Shown here piece after piece: positions 57,444-64,000 of a DNA stretch of 64,000 bases; within the stretch, counting starts at the first letter, position 1; each line of letters opens with the position of its first letter. The stretch is from a virus. A program made the position numbers and the translations under genes. Where the stretch lies: positions 1-64,000 of the IMG/VR virus record IMGVR_UViG_3300026189_001009. One strand, written 5' to 3'. The notes beneath the pieces are model-generated. The model worked only from the letters and a program-made list of their open reading frames with translations. It searched no databases and was not told the DNA's origin.

Positions 57444-58527
57444 TACTAAAGAAGAACATATCAGATATAGACACATCAAAACAAAAGAATATAAAGCTGA
57501 TGATCTAATACTTGATATGCCAGACTTTCACAAAGAATTTCCATTTGATGATTGTCTTAAAATGTTTGATGATGTTTATGCAAACATAGATTTTTCAGTA
57601 TCGTATGATTCAACAGAATATTTGTGTTTAGATTCACATCACGATAATCCTTTACTAACACCTGAAAGCAGAGACCTTATAAGAAGGTTAAAAAATTATA
57701 TAAATTATAATCTATGCTATGGAAAGCCAGAAGTATATGTTCAGTTTTTACCGAAGACGTCATATATGAGAGCACACTTAGACAACGGCAGAAATGCAGT
57801 TGTAAATGTTCCTTTAGTTCCTTTGAACTATGATATAATCTATCATGAGATAATACCAAATACAATGGTCAATCTTCCTACGCCGGAACAAGTAGAAAAC
57901 GAATATCATAATTTAGATCTAGGAGAAGTGTATCATGAACACACTTATACCGGACCATGTATTATTAACGGAAGAGTCCCTCATAAGGTTTGTGACTATG
58001 GGTTAGACAGAAAGCTACTACAAATCAGTCTTCCATTTAAAACAGATACATTTGATCCAGGTTCACAAGAAGGAGAATTTTGGCCACAGTTAAAAGAAGC
58101 ACATGAATCAAAAAAATTATACGATAATGCTTTAAATCATCAAGTTGCTTTTGAAAAAGAAATTGTTATAGATCCAAACTTTAAAGGTGAAACATATGAC
58201 GCTGATTATTTTTACAAACACGTTTGGCAAAGAAAACTTGATGGTGAAGAACCATGGTTTGAAGATTATGCAACAATAGTATTCAAGAGTACTACAACTG
58301 CACTCGAACCTTCTTATACTATATTTGAATTTTTTCCAAAGACAGAACAACTGTCTCCAGGACAAAAGATTTATAGAAAACTATCTTTATGTTTAGAAAA
58401 AGCTGTTAGGTACATTGAAAATAATACAGGACCGGACACTGAGGTTCATTTAAAAACAATAATTAATAATTCTGGAAGAAAAGATTATTACCCACACATA
58501 CTATTAGAGATTAGAAATGACGACTAA
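57436..58527 (+). CDS. paralogous oxygenase-like protein with C-terminal extension
   Basis: MRAHLD..RNAV, PCIINGRVPHKV, RKLLQISL. Confidence 0.6.
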   Translation: MSNTKEEHIRYRHIKTKEYKADDLILDMPDFHKEFPFDDCLKMFDDVYANIDFSVSYDSTEYLCLDSHHDNPLLTPESRDLIRRLKNYINYNLCYGKPEVYVQFLPKTSYMRAHLDNGRNAVVNVPLVPLNYDIIYHEIIPNTMVNLPTPEQVENEYHNLDLGEVYHEHTYTGPCIINGRVPHKVCDYGLDRKLLQISLPFKTDTFDPGSQEGEFWPQLKEAHESKKLYDNALNHQVAFEKEIVIDPNFKGETYDADYFYKHVWQRKLDGEEPWFEDYATIVFKSTTTALEPSYTIFEFFPKTEQLSPGQKIYRKLSLCLEKAVRYIENNTGPDTEVHLKTIINNSGRKDYYPHILLEIRNDD

Positions 58528-59326
58528 TACTAAATTGATTAATGGTATAGAACATACGGAAGTCAGTGAAGGAAATTGGTTACCTACAGAAGGATTAGCA
58601 AGACGTGTTAGAAGAATTGATGATAATGGTAATCCGATAACAATACTACCTGACACATATGATCCACCAGTTGATAGAAAAGAAAAATGGATTGATGCTA
58701 AAAATCATACTAGAACTTATATCAATTCTGAGAAAGCAATTAATGTTACAAGCAGATCTCAAAGAAACTTTACCGACGAAGTTCCTGCAGAAAAAGATAT
58801 AGAAAACTTAATTGAACTAGCAACAAATTCGCCAAGCAGACAAAGAGCATATGATTTAATTGTATCAAAAGATAAAGATTTTGGAAGAACATTATGGGAC
58901 AATATTAATGATGCTGAAGATATTGAACCAGGTGAAGATGAACATCGTCATAGTTTTTCTGGTGCTAGGGCACCTTTGGTATTTGTTTGGACATATAAGA
59001 ATAGCAAACAATTTACACCTTCAGCAATATTTGAATTAGGATTATCTTTAGGAATTACTGCCCATACAGCCACAATGATGGGATATAACGTTGGTATGTG
59101 TTATAGAGCAAGTATAAATCACAAAACAATACTGGGTGAATTAAAGAATAAACACAATATTGATACACAAATAGTGGGTGCAGTGCTTGGAATTGGCAAA
59201 GCTATACCAGGAAAAATGTGGAATAATGACATTTATATACACGAGTTATACCCAGAGTTTAATGAAAACTATCATTACGGTCAGTATCCTATAAGAGAGA
59301 GCCAAGTTATCAGACTTGGTTTTTAA
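58517..59326 (+). CDS. nitroreductase-family protein
   Basis: RSQRNFTD...ATNSPSRQ, APLVFV, MGYNVGMC, LGIG. Confidence 0.7.
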   Translation: MTTNTKLINGIEHTEVSEGNWLPTEGLARRVRRIDDNGNPITILPDTYDPPVDRKEKWIDAKNHTRTYINSEKAINVTSRSQRNFTDEVPAEKDIENLIELATNSPSRQRAYDLIVSKDKDFGRTLWDNINDAEDIEPGEDEHRHSFSGARAPLVFVWTYKNSKQFTPSAIFELGLSLGITAHTATMMGYNVGMCYRASINHKTILGELKNKHNIDTQIVGAVLGIGKAIPGKMWNNDIYIHELYPEFNENYHYGQYPIRESQVIRLGF

Positions 59327-59370
59327 TATACTAATAAATACTTGTTACAACAAACCCTTAAGGAGTAGTT

Positions 59371-59508
59371 ATGGCTGGTATGATAAAAAAAGAGGCACGT
59401 GAAGTCCATAAGAAGGGCACTTCTATTGGTAACGGACGAACTAAAAAAGCTAGTATGAATAAGCATAAAAAACGTAGTTACAAGAAGTATAACGGACAAG
59501 GTAGATAA
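59371..59508 (+). CDS. 45-aa basic phage protein
   Basis: Manual translation ...TSIG...SMNKHKKRSYKKYNGQGR; TAAATA at 59335 and AAGGAG SD. Confidence 0.7.
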   Translation: MAGMIKKEAREVHKKGTSIGNGRTKKASMNKHKKRSYKKYNGQGR

Positions 59509-61668
59509 ATGAAAGCAACAGATTTAAATACGGCCGTTTTTGCCTTTGGTAGACTCAATCCTCCAACAATTGGACACGGCAGACTGGTTGAAATGCTTAA
59601 AAGTCAACCAGGAAAGCCCTATCTATTCATAACACATACTCAAAATCCTAAGAAAGATCCTCTATCATACACACAGAAGGTCAAATATGCAAAAGCAAGT
59701 TTTAATGGTATAAACATAGGTGATCCCAACGTAAAGACCCTTATACAGGCGTTACAGAAGCTGGAATCACTAGGTTTTGCACATATTATCATGGTTGCAG
59801 GCTCGGATAGACAAGCTCAATTTGAGGAGTTTTTACCCAAATATAACGGCAAAGATTACAAATTTGACACTATAAAAGTGGTAAGTTCCGGTGAAAGAGA
59901 CCCAGATTCAGAGGGTGTTGAAGGTATGTCAGCCAGCAAAATGAGAACTCATGCACAGAACAATGACTTTGATAGCTTCAAAGACGGTGTATTAGATCCT
60001 AGCATTGCAAAAGATATGTTTAATGATGTAAGAGCAGGCATGGGGCTAACAGAATATGGTGGTATGGGGTTTGCAACAGTTACTCCAAAGAGACATACAA
60101 TTACACGTAAGGTTAAACCAGAAGATAAAGTAGATACTAGATCAATGCAACAAAAAATTGCAGACAGAAGAAAAGAATTACAGAAAAAATATAGCAGTGA
60201 ACCACGTGACTGGAAAAGTATGAAATGGGTCGAAGGTGTAAAAAAAGAAATAGATGAAGCAATATCAGACTTACCTCTTGTATATGTTGATATGGACGGT
60301 GTAATTGCTGACTTCTTTTCAGCATTAGCAAAATTTAGAGGTGTAGATCATTGGAAAGACGGTGGTGATGATAGTGTACAAGATTCAATTAAAGCAATTG
60401 CAGGTACAAATTTCTTTTCAACACTACCAGTATTTCCAACAGCAAAGCAATTAATTACAATTGTGACAGCATTTACAGGTGGAGCATGGAATATTAATAG
60501 CTCTCCTTTAAGAAACGATCATGAGAATTCTAAAAAACATAAACTTGATTGGTTAAAAGATAATGGCTTTTCTCCTAACGAAATTATTATTACAGGAAGA
60601 AAAGAAAGTTATGCAAACAGAACAGGTAAACCTAATATACTAATCGATGACAAACCAAGCAACATCGAAAGATGGACAGCTAAAAATGGTATTGGTATTA
60701 GATACCAAGCTAACAAAGATTCGTTATCAAAAGTTAGTAATGCATTTAATATAATCAAACAATATATGCAAAGCAATGATGCATGGACACCTGAATTGAT
60801 ACAAAAAGTTAATACAGCAATAGCTACTGGTAAAATAAATGAAGGTGAACTAATACCGTTTCCTGAAAACTCGTTAGTAATAGATGTAGATAGTAAAAGT
60901 GACTTTTATGAACTAACAAAAGACATATCAGATCTGAGTCAAGCAGATGCAAACAAATATGGCACTAAAGGTAAAGCTGATGTAGTTATTACTTTTCAAA
61001 GTCCAGAAGTCAAAGACATGGTAGCAAAACGTATTAAAAAATACACAGGTATGAAATCAAAAGACGCGACAACAAATAATCTTTATCACTATAATAGTAG
61101 CAAAAAGAAAAAGAAAAAAGTTAATGAGCATGGTGGCAGAGTAGTAAAAGGAATCAATACAACACCAGACGTAGGTGTTGATGCAATTAAAAAACAATCA
61201 GGTAAACTAGGATTTAAAGTCAGTAATGATGGTGTACCACCAAAACTTAGAGAAGACGAAAAGTTTAAAAACCAAGATGGCCAGATGAGTTTCATTGGTT
61301 CTAATCCAGGAACAAAAAAATGGAACAAAGCAAAGAAAACATCAGAACCAGGAACAGATGATTGGTTTAAAACTTGGAGAACATTATCTTATCTAACCAA
61401 AGGTAGAAAAAATCATTATATGTTACCTATCAAAGAAAAACTAGAAGTACTATTAAAGGAATATTATAAAATGAAAATAAACGAAGTGGAACAAAAGTTA
61501 AAACCGATAACTGAAGCTGAGTTTGATCAGTTAGCTGAAAAACAAGATGCTTGTTATCATAAAGTAAAATCAAGATATAAAGTTTGGCCTAGTGCGTATG
61601 CCTCTGGTGCCTTAGTAAAATGCAGAAAAGTCGGTGCAAAGAATTGGGGTAATAAGAGTAAAAAGTAA
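59509..61668 (+). CDS. multidomain protein: phage cytidyltransferase-like + HAD 5'-nucleotidase + small basic modules
   Basis: FGRLNPPTIGH, VAGSDR, MSASKMR; YVDMDGVIADF...LIDD; C-terminal DACYHKVK...WPSAYASGALVKCRK. Confidence 0.8.
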   Translation: MKATDLNTAVFAFGRLNPPTIGHGRLVEMLKSQPGKPYLFITHTQNPKKDPLSYTQKVKYAKASFNGINIGDPNVKTLIQALQKLESLGFAHIIMVAGSDRQAQFEEFLPKYNGKDYKFDTIKVVSSGERDPDSEGVEGMSASKMRTHAQNNDFDSFKDGVLDPSIAKDMFNDVRAGMGLTEYGGMGFATVTPKRHTITRKVKPEDKVDTRSMQQKIADRRKELQKKYSSEPRDWKSMKWVEGVKKEIDEAISDLPLVYVDMDGVIADFFSALAKFRGVDHWKDGGDDSVQDSIKAIAGTNFFSTLPVFPTAKQLITIVTAFTGGAWNINSSPLRNDHENSKKHKLDWLKDNGFSPNEIIITGRKESYANRTGKPNILIDDKPSNIERWTAKNGIGIRYQANKDSLSKVSNAFNIIKQYMQSNDAWTPELIQKVNTAIATGKINEGELIPFPENSLVIDVDSKSDFYELTKDISDLSQADANKYGTKGKADVVITFQSPEVKDMVAKRIKKYTGMKSKDATTNNLYHYNSSKKKKKKVNEHGGRVVKGINTTPDVGVDAIKKQSGKLGFKVSNDGVPPKLREDEKFKNQDGQMSFIGSNPGTKKWNKAKKTSEPGTDDWFKTWRTLSYLTKGRKNHYMLPIKEKLEVLLKEYYKMKINEVEQKLKPITEAEFDQLAEKQDACYHKVKSRYKVWPSAYASGALVKCRKVGAKNWGNKSKK

Positions 61669-62285
61669 TGAAAGTAAACGAAGTAATTGGTCCTGACGCA
61701 GAAGATTTATATTGGAGAAGTCCAAAATCTGATGACTTATGGGCGTTAGACAAATTAATACTTTCAAAAAAGTTAGGCTACACTTGTGGTCCTGCAGGAA
61801 TTGATGTGCCAAAGCCAGATTATTATATTGTAAGACCTTGTGTAAATGTTTATGGATTAGGACTAGGTGCAAAGAAAATGTATATTAAAGAAACCACAAC
61901 ACATATTAAGCCTGGCTATTTTTGGTGCGAATGGTTTGAAGGTAGACACCTAACAGTGGATTACGAAAAAGGAAAACAAATTAGATGTGTAGAAGGATTC
62001 AAACCCGAAGACACATTGATTAAATGGGACGCTTGGAAAGTTACTGAAGATGAAATGCCGATGCCTGATTTAATTAAAAAAGAATTTGGTGACAAACCAA
62101 AAGTTAATATTGAATTTATTGGTAATAAAGTTATTGAAATGCATTTTAGACACAATGTAGACTTTGAAGGCGATAGAAAAGAATACTTGCCAGTGTGGAA
62201 AGGTCAAAGTACTGAAGCACCAGAAGGATACAAATACATAGATCATCCAGATGTACATGGAAGAATTGGAGCATTTGTTAAATGA
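61668..62285 (+). CDS. ATP-grasp-like hypothetical protein
   Basis: IVRP...GLGLGA, CEWFEGRHLTVD, NIEF...IEMHFR. Confidence 0.55.
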   Translation: MKVNEVIGPDAEDLYWRSPKSDDLWALDKLILSKKLGYTCGPAGIDVPKPDYYIVRPCVNVYGLGLGAKKMYIKETTTHIKPGYFWCEWFEGRHLTVDYEKGKQIRCVEGFKPEDTLIKWDAWKVTEDEMPMPDLIKKEFGDKPKVNIEFIGNKVIEMHFRHNVDFEGDRKEYLPVWKGQSTEAPEGYKYIDHPDVHGRIGAFVK

Positions 62286-62584
62286 GAATCAACGAAGTTA
62301 TAAACGAAGACCTAAGAGCCTGGTTTGGCAAAGGCAAAAAAGGTGGAGCCGGTGGCGGCGGTTGGGATCGTTACAATACTAAAGGAGAACGTATTGGTAA
62401 ATGCGGTGATTCAAAACCTGGAGAAGGTAAACCTAAATGCTTATCAAAATCAAGAGCGGCAAGTTTAAGAGCTAAAGGCGGCAAGAAAGCAATAGCTCAA
62501 GCAGTAAACAGAAAACGTAGAAAAGATTCAAACCCTGATAGAAAAGGAAAAGCTAAAAACGTTAGCAATAAGTATAAGAAATGA
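62282..62584 (+). CDS. small basic protein with INE leader (internal-head-protein-like)
   Basis: MRINEVINEDLRAWF, CG...KPKC, K/R-rich. Confidence 0.65.
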   Translation: MRINEVINEDLRAWFGKGKKGGAGGGGWDRYNTKGERIGKCGDSKPGEGKPKCLSKSRAASLRAKGGKKAIAQAVNRKRRKDSNPDRKGKAKNVSNKYKK

Positions 62585-63186
62585 AATTAAAAATCTTTAA
62601 CGCAAGTCTGTCACCTACAAAAGAATCCAATACTCAAGCACTAGTGGATTTAGTGACTCAAACTATGAGTGGGCTTGGAGTTACTATTGATGTAGTATAC
62701 TTAAAAGATTTAAAATTTGAACATACAATTAAAAATGTAAAAGATGATCTTACACCACACTTAATTGATATTGTAAAAAATTGCGACATGGTTGCAATAG
62801 CAACACCAATTTGGTGGGGAACACAAAGTTCTTTAGCACAAGGCTTGATCGAAAGATTTGACCCAATTGACACTTGGGGGCAAGATAATGATTATTATGC
62901 TTTATATAATAAAGTGTTTGGATCAATTGTATCTGGTGGCGGAGATGGCTTCCAGCACATTCATGGTAACTTGTTTAACATGGCTACCAATATGGGATTT
63001 ACAGTACCACCTACTTGTAATTTAGAAATTGCAACACAAGGTAGAGAAGAAATAATGAAAGACCAAGATGCAAAAAAATGGGTTAACATATGGTGCAGAA
63101 ATATGGTAACATGGGCAACTATTCTAAAAAAAGCTAACCCGAGCAAATACGTTCAAGAGAATACAGATAGACCAAAGTATATTTAA
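62581..63186 (+). CDS. flavodoxin-fold NAD(P)H-dependent oxidoreductase
   Basis: NASL...SNT, IATPIWWG, IERFD, YNKVFG. Confidence 0.85.
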   Translation: MKLKIFNASLSPTKESNTQALVDLVTQTMSGLGVTIDVVYLKDLKFEHTIKNVKDDLTPHLIDIVKNCDMVAIATPIWWGTQSSLAQGLIERFDPIDTWGQDNDYYALYNKVFGSIVSGGGDGFQHIHGNLFNMATNMGFTVPPTCNLEIATQGREEIMKDQDAKKWVNIWCRNMVTWATILKKANPSKYVQENTDRPKYI

Positions 63187-63187
63187 A

Positions 63188-63844
63188 ATGAGATATGCAG
63201 AACTAACAGAAGAGTGGAGCAAAAAATATAAAAGCTCAATTAATTGTAATAACCCAAAAGGGTTTTCACAAAAAGCTCACTGTGCCGGCAAGAAAAAAAA
63301 TGAATCAGTAGAAGGAACAATTACAGATCAAGATTTACAACAACTTGAAACTTATGCTGATAGGTTGTTTGCTTCACTAGGCATTGATGTAGAATTTTCA
63401 AAACATTTTAAAGACAGAGTAAATGATCCGAGAAATACAAAGCCAATCACAATGGCAGAGCTAACAAGATTATTCAAACAAATATATAAACAACACGGCA
63501 AACCAATTGCACAATTAGGTCCGGACGCAGAAGCAGTGATGAAAGATATGCGAACAGATGTAAACATTCCTTTCGCTCTGCAATGGGATGGTAAAGAATT
63601 AGATCTTGTTGCAAAAACAATTATGCGTAAACCAAATTTCTCAACACCTAACCAGGAGTTTGCAGTAGAAAACTTTGCTGATGGTAAAGTTAAAGGTAAG
63701 TCACGTCCTGGTAGAGTAAAACGTGCAGGTGCAAGTTGTAAAGGATCAGTAACAAGTTTAAGAGCAAAAGCAAAAAAGGCATCAGGTGAGAAAGCAAAAA
63801 TGTATCACTGGTGTGCTAATATGAAGGGTGGCAAGAAGAAATAA
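63188..63844 (+). CDS. modular basic protein (internal-head-protein-like)
   Basis: MRYAELTEE leader; INCNNPKGFSQKAHC; EFSKHFKDRVND.RN...KTIMRK; NFADG...HWCANMK. Confidence 0.7.
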   Translation: MRYAELTEEWSKKYKSSINCNNPKGFSQKAHCAGKKKNESVEGTITDQDLQQLETYADRLFASLGIDVEFSKHFKDRVNDPRNTKPITMAELTRLFKQIYKQHGKPIAQLGPDAEAVMKDMRTDVNIPFALQWDGKELDLVAKTIMRKPNFSTPNQEFAVENFADGKVKGKSRPGRVKRAGASCKGSVTSLRAKAKKASGEKAKMYHWCANMKGGKKK

Positions 63845-63852
63845 ATAATATT

Positions 63853-64000
63853 ATGAAATTAGATGACTTATTAGCACAATCAAACAAATCAATTGAAATC
63901 ACATTAGAAGATGATCAAGACTTCCATGAAGAGTTTGGTTATTTAGGATATCCAGAAGAAGAAATATGGGAAGCTGAATATCAAGGTAGAAAAGTTCCAT
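63853..64000 (+). CDS. partial CDS running off the window (EAEYQGRKV-type phage protein)
   Basis: MKLDDLL...WEAEYQGRKVP; TAAATA 5 nt before ATG. Confidence 0.6.
   Translation, partial: MKLDDLLAQSNKSIEITLEDDQDFHEEFGYLGYPEEEIWEAEYQGRKVP

Noticed and set aside
1203-63567. Most minus-strand and alternate-frame ORFs in the track
   Set aside because: They are shadows of well-supported + strand genes and lack motifs; only the 10825-11695 unit is accepted.
1-64000. Cellular chromosome fragment
   Set aside because: Housekeeping-like genes are isolated from their usual operons (clpP and clpX ~18 kb apart; rplL without rplJ/rpoB) and interspersed with T4-late motifs, phage ligase, DexA-like and virion genes.
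1-64000. CRISPR array, long tandem repeats, IS/transposase, integrase, DGR/retron reverse transcriptase
   Set aside because: None seen on reading the sequence and ORFs; short or degenerate repeats could have been missed by eye.
1-64000. Alternative genetic code (stop reassignment)
   Set aside because: Conserved genes are full length in code 11, and TAA, TAG and TGA all end recognisable proteins at expected positions. No suppressor tRNA seen.

Overview
AT-rich, densely coding window with almost all genes on the + strand. It is best read as part of a large T4-like/jumbo bacteriophage genome. Evidence: TAAATA late-type and TTGACA/TATAAT early-type promoters, ATP-dependent DNA ligase, DexA-like exonuclease, a virion fibre gene, putative internal-head polyproteins, and host-like genes found outside their normal cellular operons. 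The host is probably a low-GC marine alphaproteobacterium (inference from Hsp20, NfuA, bL12, SbmA and tRNA-Val types). Contents: (i) a translation/proteostasis kit (ClpX, IF3, bS21, bL12, 4 tRNAs, Smr, ClpS, ClpP, Hsp20, PepA); (ii) Fe-S assembly genes (SufS, NfuA, SufT); (iii) a ~9 kb run of amino-acid/lipid tailoring enzymes (ALDH7, class III aminotransferase, desaturase, Fe/2OG-type oxygenases, methyltransferase, flavin reductase, PLP enzyme, GNAT-like); (iv) ten tandem radical SAM/Twitch genes (27.4-41.4 kb) in several domain orders, followed by MTA/SAH nucleosidase and ferredoxin-NADP reductase; (v) DNA metabolism, small membrane proteins and late virion genes. Sequence-level observations include a candidate programmed -1 frameshift (A AAA AAG at 6057), a ROSE-like thermometer hairpin before hsp20, repeated leaderless-mRNA promoter architecture, and polyproteins punctuated by prohead-protease-like (I/L/V)xE sites. 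All assignments come from motif recognition by eye; no database searches were run.
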